This document shows positions 40,100 to 48,004 of a DNA stretch of 64,000 nt, one piece after another. Position numbers and translations under genes: made by a program. Positions within the stretch are counted from its first letter, which is position 1, and each line of letters opens with the position of its first letter. Below the pieces are notes generated by a model that was given only the letters and a program-made list of their open reading frames with translations, did no database searches and was not told the origin of the DNA. The stretch spans positions 84,929 through 148,928 of the forward strand of contig JAKAFL010000002.1 in the NCBI GenBank assembly GCA_021817945.1, in the 5' to 3' direction. Source of the stretch: a bacterium (GTDB lineage: Bacteria > Verrucomicrobiota > Verrucomicrobiia > Limisphaerales > UBA11358).

Positions 40100-40735
40100 T
40101 TAATGCGCCACGCGGTAGTACAGGTATTTCACCACTTCATTCTGGAAGGCGATCACGCCCTGCTCATTTTTCCACCAATCATCCAGGTTGTAATCGAGTG
40201 TGGGCACGGCATCCATGTGGATGGCCACGCCGGAGCCCCGAAGAGCCCTGGCAAAGACCCAGCGGGCGCGACGGGTGTGAAAGGGGTCGGTGACAATTTC
40301 CACGGAGCGTAGGTGATGCTGCATGGCCCACTGGCGGACAGCGCGGGATTCATCAAAGGTGCTGGCGACGCTGGAGCCGATTGCGTGGAGGGCTGAAGCG
40401 GGGACCTTGCTGGCCTGCAAAATCTGACGGGTTTCATCGGCTTCGGCCAGGGTGATTCCCAATTTCTGCGCGGGAGTCACCCTCACGTTCATGTAGAGGA
40501 TGATCGGGGCCACGCCGGCCTGGTAGAGCGCGGCGGCTGCCAAGGGGCGCGTTTCCACCCCTCCGCCCAGAACCACAATGGCATCCACCCTGGGAGCGGG
40601 GTTATTGACGGTCCAGAGGCGGCCCAGGGCATCCAGTAGGCGCGCATGAAAAAGCCAGGCCAGGGCGCAGAGGAGGGCCATGAAGGCCAAGGCTCCCAAT
40701 AACCGTTTTACCATTCGCCAGCCGGGCAGGCACAT
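40100..40735 (-). CDS. DUF218 (YdcF/ElyC/SanA-type) protein
   Basis: N-terminal TM helix and IVVLGGGVETRPLAAAALYQAGVAPIILY, the DUF218 core. Confidence 0.75.
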   Translation of the reverse strand: MCLPGWRMVKRLLGALAFMALLCALAWLFHARLLDALGRLWTVNNPAPRVDAIVVLGGGVETRPLAAAALYQAGVAPIILYMNVRVTPAQKLGITLAEADETRQILQASKVPASALHAIGSSVASTFDESRAVRQWAMQHHLRSVEIVTDPFHTRRARWVFARALRGSGVAIHMDAVPTLDYNLDDWWKNEQGVIAFQNEVVKYLYYRVAH

Positions 40736-40802
40736 CTGTTTTTTGAGAAGGTCACACTCAGTTTTTGAAATTTCATAAAAAACGGCAAACCCGGCGTTTT
40801 TT

Positions 40803-40837
40803 CTCCCTCTCCATCAATCCCCATTGATGGGGAGGGG
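40803..40837 (+). repeat. Solo hairpin, ATCAAT-loop variant of H1
   Basis: CTCCCTCTCCATCAATCCCCATTGATGGGGAGGGG. Similar variants occur at 46402-46435 and 63768-63797. Confidence 0.8.
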
Positions 40838-41054
40838 TGGGCAGACTTCGTCCCGGTCAATTCGCAGTCCGCTTTTCAACGGGCGGGCGATTCACCCTAA
40901 GGCAACGAATCTTATTTTTCATTCACTGGCAAAGCCGCCACGCGAGCCGACTTGCAACAGACATGCCCAACTCAAACCAGACCCACACCAAACTCACACC
41001 AAAAGCATGTCAATCCCAACCATCAAAAAACCTGAAACCCTGCGCCTGGCCGGC

Positions 41055-43214
41055 TCATTCCTGGGCCTTGGCGGAGGGGTAATACTCGGCGTATTTGTAA
41101 TACTTGTAATCCCGGGACTTTGTATTGGCCATGTTAAACACCACGCCGATGATGCGGGCACGGCGCTGGGCGAGCATCTCGAGGGCCTCGCGGGTCATTC
41201 GGGCGCTGGAAAAATGGCTGCGCACGAGAAAGATGGTGCCATCCATGCAGGGGGCCAGGGTGGCGCTGTCTGCCACGGCAAAGACGGGACTGCTGTCCAT
41301 GAGGACATAGTCGTAATCCGCCTTCCACCGGGCGAGCAACTGATCGAGGTTCGGGGAGAGTAAAAGGTCGCCCGGATTGGCCTGGCTGGAGCCCCTGGAG
41401 ATAAAGGACAGGTTGTGGATGCCGTTGTGCTGGATGACATCGGCGGCGGCGCATTCTCCGGCGAGGAGGTTGACAAAGCCCTGGTCATTCTTCAAACCCA
41501 GTAAATCGTGCAAATGGCCGCGCCGGAGGTCCCCGTCCACGAGGAGCACTTTGGAGCCGGCCATGGCGAGGGTCTTGGCGAGGTTTGCGGACACGGTGGA
41601 TTTGCCCTCGTTTGGGGTGGCGCTGGTGATCAGGATGGTCTTGGGGCGGCTCTCGCCATGGGTGAGGAAATGCAGGGCGCTGCGGAGGCTGCGGTAGGAT
41701 TCTGCATAGAGATGCCGCTGGTCATTGGGCGCCAGCATCAGCGCCTGGTCTTTCATGTCCCGGGGCATGCGGGGCAGCATGGCCATGACGGAATCGCCGA
41801 GGGTCTGGTTCACTTCCACGAGGGAGGTGAAGCGGTCATCGCGCAGGCCCAGCAAAAACACAAAAGCCAGCCCGACTGCCAGGCCGCCCGCAATGCTCAT
41901 GGCGCGCACCTGGTTCTCCTTGGCCGCGGACCGGTACGAGGGTGAAGCCGGCTCCAGGATGGCCAGCGATTCCTGGTCAATGCTGCGGCTAATGCCGATG
42001 TTTTGGGAGAGCTGGGTGAGCCGGTCGTAATCGCTCTGGGTATGGGCGATTTTCATCTGCATGTCATCGGCCTGGCCGAGCACGGCGTTTTCCCCGCTGA
42101 TTTTAGCCTCCCATTCCTTGATGGAATCCTTGTCGTAATTGATTTTGATCTGGGTGACCAGCTTGTAGGCCTCCAGCCTGTCGTACATGTTCTGGACGAG
42201 GGCGCTTTTTCGGGCGGCCTGGGCCTGCTTGGCTCCCTTGATTTGGTCATCCAACTCCTGGATGGTCTCGCTGTTGGTCAGGAGTTTCTGGTTCACGATG
42301 AGGTCCTGGCGCCGCATCTCGAGTAAATCAACCTTGTTTTGGTCGTCGGGAGTGGACGCATCGGCCTGGGCCCCCGCCGAGCCGCCTTCCAGGTTGTTCA
42401 TCACGGCGAGGATCACGGCGTCGTTGGTGAGCAATGTCCCGGTTTTTTGCTCCTCCTTTTCCGCAGTCTCCACCAATTTGGATTGCAGTTCCAGGTCGGC
42501 CAGCTCGGTTTGGAGGCGGGTGAGATAGGCGGCTGCAACGGCCTGCTCGTTCTTCACAATCTCCACGTTGTTGGTGCGCTGGTAGGCACTGAGGTCATCC
42601 TGCTCGTTCTTCAAGTCCTCCTCCAGTTTGGCAATTTCATCGGTGATGGAGGCGAGGGTCATGCCGGAAATGGAATTGCGGGTGTCCCGGTCGTAGGTGA
42701 TGAAAGTCTCCATGAGCGCCTGCAGGTAATTCTGGGTGTAGGCGGGGTCCGAGCTGGCGGCACTGAGGTCCAAAATGGAGCTGTTGGGCGCGGATTCAAC
42801 CCGGATGATGACCGGGAGTGGAAAGCCGTCTTTCCCCAGTGGGATGGTTTTTTTGGCGGCATTGGCGGCCAGCCGGGCAAGGGTCATCTCACGGATTTTT
42901 TCGCTCTGCAAAAGCTGGATTTGGGTGCCCATCAAATTCTGCATGTCCTCGGAGTAGAGAGATTCCCCCGGCAACTGGACTTTGAGGGTTTCCCACATGC
43001 GGGCGGAGGAGACGTAAACGGGGACAAGGCGCCGGGCCGTGATGAAACCCAAGGCGGCGCCGAGAATAACGGTAATGAGCGGTATCCACCAGAATTGGCG
43101 GAGGGCAGCCAAAAACCTCCTCAAGCGCTGGGCTGAGGAAGGCGCGTGGGCCGCGTGATGAAGGTCCGATCCACGGTATTCATCACCTGAGACCGGAATC
43201 AATTCATGACTCAT
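41055..43214 (-). CDS. Polysaccharide co-polymerase / BY-kinase (Wzc-like tyrosine autokinase)
   Basis: Two TM helices flank a long coiled-coil region. Walker A TPNEGKST, A' VLLVDGDLRRG, B DYVLMDSSP, and a C-terminal Tyr cluster DYKYYKYAEYY. Confidence 0.85.
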   Translation of the reverse strand: MSHELIPVSGDEYRGSDLHHAAHAPSSAQRLRRFLAALRQFWWIPLITVILGAALGFITARRLVPVYVSSARMWETLKVQLPGESLYSEDMQNLMGTQIQLLQSEKIREMTLARLAANAAKKTIPLGKDGFPLPVIIRVESAPNSSILDLSAASSDPAYTQNYLQALMETFITYDRDTRNSISGMTLASITDEIAKLEEDLKNEQDDLSAYQRTNNVEIVKNEQAVAAAYLTRLQTELADLELQSKLVETAEKEEQKTGTLLTNDAVILAVMNNLEGGSAGAQADASTPDDQNKVDLLEMRRQDLIVNQKLLTNSETIQELDDQIKGAKQAQAARKSALVQNMYDRLEAYKLVTQIKINYDKDSIKEWEAKISGENAVLGQADDMQMKIAHTQSDYDRLTQLSQNIGISRSIDQESLAILEPASPSYRSAAKENQVRAMSIAGGLAVGLAFVFLLGLRDDRFTSLVEVNQTLGDSVMAMLPRMPRDMKDQALMLAPNDQRHLYAESYRSLRSALHFLTHGESRPKTILITSATPNEGKSTVSANLAKTLAMAGSKVLLVDGDLRRGHLHDLLGLKNDQGFVNLLAGECAAADVIQHNGIHNLSFISRGSSQANPGDLLLSPNLDQLLARWKADYDYVLMDSSPVFAVADSATLAPCMDGTIFLVRSHFSSARMTREALEMLAQRRARIIGVVFNMANTKSRDYKYYKYAEYYPSAKAQE

Positions 43215-43224
43215 ATCTTATTTA

Positions 43225-43241
43225 ATGCAAGTGACATGCCG
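43225..43241 (-). promoter_or_regulatory. Sigma-54-like -24/-12 element immediately upstream of wzc-like gene
   Basis: The minus strand reads CGGCATGTCACTTGCAT, against consensus TGGCACG-N4-TTGCW with correct GG-to-GC spacing. The predicted start would fall 1-2 nt before the ATG. No enhancer-binding protein is present in the window. Confidence 0.3.
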
Positions 43242-43245
43242 CAGG
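43233..43245 (-). promoter_or_regulatory. Shared 11-mer CCTGCGGCATG (minus-strand reading), site 1, ~19 nt upstream of wzc-like start
   Basis: Exact 11-mer CATGCCGCAGG on the plus strand. Identical at 45471-45481 and 50389-50399. Confidence 0.4.
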
Positions 43246-43393
43246 CGCAGAAAACGGTGTTTTTCGGGGTAAAAACCGCCAAAACCCGGGGTTGGCATGG
43301 CAACATGCGGCAATAGGCGCAGGCAGGGCTGAATAAAAGGCGCGGTCAAGCCGGGACTTGATGCAAAAACCGGTTGAAGAAACAATTGCCGGA

Positions 43394-44455
43394 TCATGGG
43401 ATAACCTCCCCCTGCCCACCAATTGGACGCGGCCTGCCTCTGGATGCGGCACTGCCCTTGACAGCCTCAACCATGAGGCGCGCCTTGATCGAACCGGAAA
43501 TTGGGGCAGAAGAGGATGGATTTGTCTGCCGATGGTTGCCACCGGGGGAATGGTTCACGCCGCTGAGGGGACAAATTCCGGAGGTCTTAAGCGGGCATTG
43601 TTCGGTGTCTTTTGATTTGCCGGCGAGCTGCGATTGTTCGCGCAGGGTGTTTCGCCACATGCCGGGAGTCTGGCCGAAGCGCCGTTTGAAGCAGGTGTTG
43701 AACAAGCCCAGGTGGTTGAACCCGCATTGTTCGGCCACGTTGATGATTTTCACCCTGGGATCCCGCAGGATGGAGGAGGCCTTGAGGAGACGGATTTCCA
43801 TTCGCAGGGCGGCGACTGAAACGCCAAATTTCTGATGAAACAGGCGGCTTAAATGCCGGCGGCTGCAACCGAACTTGGCCGCCAATTCATCCACGGACAT
43901 GGTCAGCAATTCATCGGAAGAAAGCTGCTCAAAAACCTGGAGCGTGTGGTCATCGGCTGAATCGCCGAGCGTGGACTGTTTTTGTTGCCAGGACCAAAAC
44001 TCGCCGGACAGCAGGAGGGCCACCACCTGCAGCAGGTGGCTGCGATGGATCAAATCCTGTTTTTCAGCGGCCTGGCGGATGAGGGAATGACACTGGCTGG
44101 CAGCGGGTTGTGAGGCTGAATAAATTTTGGGAGCCCTGAAGCCCTGAATTATGTTTTGGATGAAAGAGACTTCCCCGGGAGAAAACAAGGGGAACAAGCT
44201 GTCTGAGGAGACGGTGAACCACCGGAAGGCCAGGGGGGCGCCAGCGGCTGAAGGATGCACGGCCAGCTTGGCCTCAGACCGTCCGCTCACGACCAGCAGG
44301 TCACCCGGGGCCAAGCTCGATTGATTGGAAAACGCCGTGATTTGCCCCCGTCCGCTTTCCACAAAAATCAAAAACAGGCCTTCGCCCTCACAGGGCCAGC
44401 CCTCTGAGGATGCGATTGAGCCTACTTGAAGGGTGAGGTGATTTTGTGGTGGCAT
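43394..44455 (-). CDS. AraC-family transcriptional regulator (cupin-like N-domain, HTH, long Ser/Gly/Pro-rich tail)
   Basis: LAAKFGCSRRHLSRLFHQKFG...VAEQCGFNHLGLFNTCFKRRFGQTPGMWR. About 85 extra residues follow the HTH. Confidence 0.85.
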   Translation of the reverse strand: MPPQNHLTLQVGSIASSEGWPCEGEGLFLIFVESGRGQITAFSNQSSLAPGDLLVVSGRSEAKLAVHPSAAGAPLAFRWFTVSSDSLFPLFSPGEVSFIQNIIQGFRAPKIYSASQPAASQCHSLIRQAAEKQDLIHRSHLLQVVALLLSGEFWSWQQKQSTLGDSADDHTLQVFEQLSSDELLTMSVDELAAKFGCSRRHLSRLFHQKFGVSVAALRMEIRLLKASSILRDPRVKIINVAEQCGFNHLGLFNTCFKRRFGQTPGMWRNTLREQSQLAGKSKDTEQCPLKTSGICPLSGVNHSPGGNHRQTNPSSSAPISGSIKARLMVEAVKGSAASRGRPRPIGGQGEVIP

Positions 44456-44797
44456 TGTCCTCTAAATTTTTCCCTGAATAACAGCTAATCTAGAAACCTC
44501 ATGTTATATAAAATCTCAAATTTGGCAATTGATTTATCCCGCCCGCAGATAGTCCGAAGCCCTCTTGCGGATCGTTTGGGAATTTTATATTCCATTGGGA
44601 TACATGTCGTTGTAAAATTCTTGTGACTTTTCATCGCTTCAAGGCCCCATCCCTGCAAATTCTGTTCCAAGTGAGGGGTTTCAAGAGGAAATTTTCAACC
44701 CGGTTTTCATTTCGCATTCGGTTTAAAAACGACTTGAATACAGCTCGGCCCCCCGGTTTAAGGAGGGTGTTCAGCGCGGGTATGCGGCAAACAAGGC

Positions 44798-45418
44798 TCA
44801 GCAGGGTTCCAGGGAATCTGCGGGCAGCGAGACGGCTGCGGCCTGGCCAATGAAATCCAGGCGAAGGAGGACGATATTGGCGCCACTGCGCTGCTCCACC
44901 CAAGCCTCAAGCCCCTGCAACGGACCGTTTTTGATTCGCACCCTGGCCCCGACCCCTATTTCCGGGGCCAGGAGTATCTCGACCCCCGATTGGAGAGCGA
45001 AGAGGATTTCGCTGAGTTGTTTTTCAAAGAGGGCCTGGTCGCTGACATCCAGAAGGCGGGCGACATGGTCGCTTTGCCTGACTTTCTGCATTAACTCGGG
45101 CCTGGCTTTGAAAAAAAGGTAGCCTGGGAAGAGGGGTTTAAAGAAGTGCAGGGTTTTGCCCCGGTACTTGCGCACGGACTTGTAGGTGGGAAGAACACTT
45201 TCCAGGCCATCGCGATCGGCGCAGGCCTTGAGTTTTTTCTCCCGGCGGGGGAGTGTGTGGGCCACGAACCACTTCGAATCCTGACGGGGCGGAGTTTCCA
45301 GGTCCGAACCGCCCGCCAGCGTGGGTGGGTTCCCGGAAGCATGGACATTGGCTGCAAGCATCATGGAAGGGCCAGGAGGTTGGGATTCGCTCATGTTTAA
45401 GTTGCTTGCCGATTTCAT
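44798..45418 (-). CDS. NusG-family specialised paralog (RfaH/UpxY-like antiterminator)
   Basis: NGN-like KWFVAHTLPRREKK...FKPLFPGYLFF and KOW-like GARVRIKNGPLQGLEAWV. The ~45-aa N-terminal extension may reflect a later true start. Confidence 0.75.
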   Translation of the reverse strand: MKSASNLNMSESQPPGPSMMLAANVHASGNPPTLAGGSDLETPPRQDSKWFVAHTLPRREKKLKACADRDGLESVLPTYKSVRKYRGKTLHFFKPLFPGYLFFKARPELMQKVRQSDHVARLLDVSDQALFEKQLSEILFALQSGVEILLAPEIGVGARVRIKNGPLQGLEAWVEQRSGANIVLLRLDFIGQAAAVSLPADSLEPC

Positions 45419-45468
45419 TCGCAGGCAGGACCGGATTGGAGTGCGCGATTTATAACGGCCTTAACGCG

Positions 45469-45481
45469 GACATGCCGCAGG
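45469..45481 (-). promoter_or_regulatory. Shared 11-mer CCTGCGGCATG, site 2, ~50 nt upstream of NusG-paralog ORF start
   Basis: GACATGCCGCAGG is identical over 13 nt to site 1. Confidence 0.4.
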
Positions 45482-45508
45482 ATGCCTGTCCCAACCCCGC
45501 CTGAATGG

Positions 45509-46180
45509 CTATTTGACGCTATCCTCCACCCAACAAACGGCATAACGGATAAGGGAATTGAGATTTTTGAGCTTGAGCTTGCGCCGAATGCTGCCCACCA
45601 AACCGTCCACCTCTTTCACGGTCATCTCCACCTGGTCGGCGATTTCATTGGAACTGCGTCCCTGACCAAGGCCCTCCAGGACTTCCAATTCCACATCGGT
45701 GAGGGTGTCAATCAGGGAGGCGTCATCGGGGACAGGATTGCGCATGGCATCGTTGGCAAAAACATTTTCGCTAACGTAAATGCGTCCGGCCAAAACATCG
45801 CGGATAGCCAGAACAATCACCTCTGGGTCCTCCTGTTTCATGACGTAACCATCCCCGCCGGCCCTTAAAACCCGTTGTGCGTAAATGGCCTCATCGAACA
45901 TGGAAACAGCCAGCAACTTTACCGGGATGGCTTCATCGCGGATTTCCTTGATCAATTCCAGGCCGCTTTTGCCGGGCAAGCCGATATCCACCACCACCAG
46001 GTCCGGCTTGGCTTTGCGGATCATTTTGATGGCCTGGCACGGATCCCCAGTGCCGCCGCAAACCTTTAAATCAGGCTCTGCATTGAGCAATTTGCCCAAG
46101 CCCTCGCGAAAAACCGGATGGTCCTCCACCAAAAAGACCAGGCTTTTTTTGGTGCCAGCCTTTTTCCCTAGCTTGATCAT
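45509..46180 (-). CDS. NarL/LuxR-family response regulator
   Basis: REC domain (LVFLVEDHP...DLVVVDIGLPGKSG) plus LuxR HTH (LTDVELEVLEGLGQGRSSNEIA). Confidence 0.9.
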   Translation of the reverse strand: MIKLGKKAGTKKSLVFLVEDHPVFREGLGKLLNAEPDLKVCGGTGDPCQAIKMIRKAKPDLVVVDIGLPGKSGLELIKEIRDEAIPVKLLAVSMFDEAIYAQRVLRAGGDGYVMKQEDPEVIVLAIRDVLAGRIYVSENVFANDAMRNPVPDDASLIDTLTDVELEVLEGLGQGRSSNEIADQVEMTVKEVDGLVGSIRRKLKLKNLNSLIRYAVCWVEDSVK

Positions 46181-46270
46181 GCCAAAATCCTACACGGCAA
46201 GTCTGCATCCGCACAAGGGAATTGAGAGTGAAATTCCCCCTGCCCGCCCGCCGGAGCCGGGGCGGCAGGT

Positions 46271-46450
46271 CAACCGCGAATGGACGCCTCGTTTGCGGGG
46301 TGAGGGAACCGGGGGCGCTGGGTTGATTTATACGCTTGAAAATGGGGTTCACATTCAACGCTCGAAATGGTTTTAGGCCAAGGCAAGCCTTCCGCGTCTT
46401 TCTCCCTCCCCATCAATCCCGGTTGATGGGGAGGGCCGGGGATGGGTGGC
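46271..46450 (+). repeat. Mosaic hairpin-repeat array 6 (short)
   Basis: Edge motif CAACCGCGAATGGACGCC (46271-46288), H2 3' half, T-like tail and the ATCAAT-variant hairpin 46402-46435. Confidence 0.8.
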
Positions 46451-46724
46451 AATGTCCGCTTGGTGATATGGCGTGTCTCAAAGTCGCCTTGTTTCAAAAC
46501 CCCTTTATAAACTAGGATTTTAAGTGTCGCACAAAATAGGGATGGGCCGCACGCAACAATCGTGTGACGTTTAGGGCGGGGTGGTCGGGGACCCGTGGGC
46601 AGCCAGTGCCAGAGGTTTTGGAAATTGGTTGTGTCTGGTTATTCGTTGAGACTTCCTCTTGATGCGGCCTGAGGACCGGGGTGGGCGGCGCGGTGAATTT
46701 ATTTTCAGAAATTTTATAGTAAAA

Positions 46725-47093
46725 ATGACACAGGGCTCAAAAGGCATATTACTCGTTGACGACAACATTGATACCCGGATTTTAACCAAAATGTTTCTAA
46801 ACAATTTTGGTTACAATGTGGACTCAGTGGAGTCGGGGGAGGCGGCCTTGCAGAGATTTGACCCATCCATCCACAATCTGGTGCTTACGGATAATTCCAT
46901 GCCGGAAATGTCGGGCAGTGAAATGGCGCACCAAATCAAGGCCCGTTCCCCGCACACGCCTGTGCTGATGTGTACCGGGCACCCCCCACACGACGTTGCG
47001 GCCATAGACATGGTCATTCCCAAACCCACCCATTTGCTGGCAATCAAGGATGCCATCGCCAAGCTTTTGACGGATACGATGAGCCATTCCTGA
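46725..47093 (+). CDS. Single-domain CheY-like response regulator
   Basis: ILLVDDNIDTR...LVLTDNSMPEMSG...VLMCTGH. The start was chosen at ATG 46725, because the upstream part of the ORF from 46659 has no domain content. Confidence 0.8.
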   Translation: MTQGSKGILLVDDNIDTRILTKMFLNNFGYNVDSVESGEAALQRFDPSIHNLVLTDNSMPEMSGSEMAHQIKARSPHTPVLMCTGHPPHDVAAIDMVIPKPTHLLAIKDAIAKLLTDTMSHS

Positions 47094-47164
47094 CCGGGCT
47101 GGCTTGGAAGAGTTTCCCCTCCAGCATCTTGACCCTTTCCATTTAGCATTTCGGGTTCAATTGT

Positions 47165-47964
47165 CGCACTGACTGTTTGCGAGCGCCCCTCTCCCTAACC
47201 CTCTCCCCACACTTCGTTCGTGGGGCGAGGGAATAAGAGGCGCTGGGTTTATTTATACGCTTGAAAATGGGGTTCCCTTTCAACGCTCGAAATGCAATAA
47301 AGACCACCTTAAATCCATCGTCTCTTTCTCCCTCTCCGCCAATTTCATTGGGGGAGAGGGACGGGGAGAGGTGGCGCTGAGTTTTCTGAAAGTGAGATTG
47401 TCCATCTTTCGCTCTGACTATTTGCAAGCGCCCCTCTCCCTAATCCTCTCCCCACACTCCGTTCGTGGGGCGAGGGAATAAAAGGCGCTGGGTTGTTTAA
47501 TACGCTTGAAAAGGTTGATCGTCGTTGGTGCTTGAAATGTTTTGAGACCGTCACAAACCCATCGTCTCTTTCTCCCTCTCCGCCAATTTCATTGGGGGAG
47601 AGGGACGGGGAGAGGTGGTGCTGAGCTTTCAGAAAGTGAGATTGCTTTTTTCGCACTGACTGTTTGCGATTTCCCCCCCTCCCTTGGAGAGCCTGTCTGG
47701 AAATGGCAATAGGTGCTGTTGTCTGTCGAAAACCCTTCGGGCGGCTTGTCTTTTGGCTTCAGCCTTCGTTGCTCGCTCCTTGCAGACCCATGGCGGGTAT
47801 GCTCGTCGTTCGCGCCTCGGCTGAAACCAAAATCCATTGCCGCAGCACCCACCGTCATTTCCAGAAAGGCTCTTTCCCTCCCCCCCGCACTTCGCTGGCA
47901 GGGAGGGGGAATAAGACACCCTGGATAGTTTTATGCGTTTGAAAGGGTGATGCCTCCTTGGCGG
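47165..47964 (+). repeat. Mosaic hairpin-repeat array 7 (H1 at 47332, 47576)
   Basis: Period of 244 bp. It contains 192-bp element copy 5 and lies in the convergent gap between the CheY-like gene and the kinase gene. Confidence 0.9.
47686..47877 (+). repeat. 192-bp inverted-repeat-bounded element, copy 5
   Basis: Three differences from copy 1. Here it is nested in an H3-type hairpin rather than an H2-type hairpin. Confidence 0.9.
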
Positions 47965-48004
47965 ACGAACCACTCCCATTCCGGAACGAGCGCCTGGCCA
48001 ATTC

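Noticed and set aside
45419-46724. An invertible promoter (phase-variation switch) at the locus head, as in Bacteroides capsule loci with UpxY.
   Set aside because: I found only local hairpins (for example GGGAATT...AATTCCC near 46207-46228) and repeat-array modules. There are no flanking inverted repeats bracketing a promoter-sized segment, and no recombinase gene.
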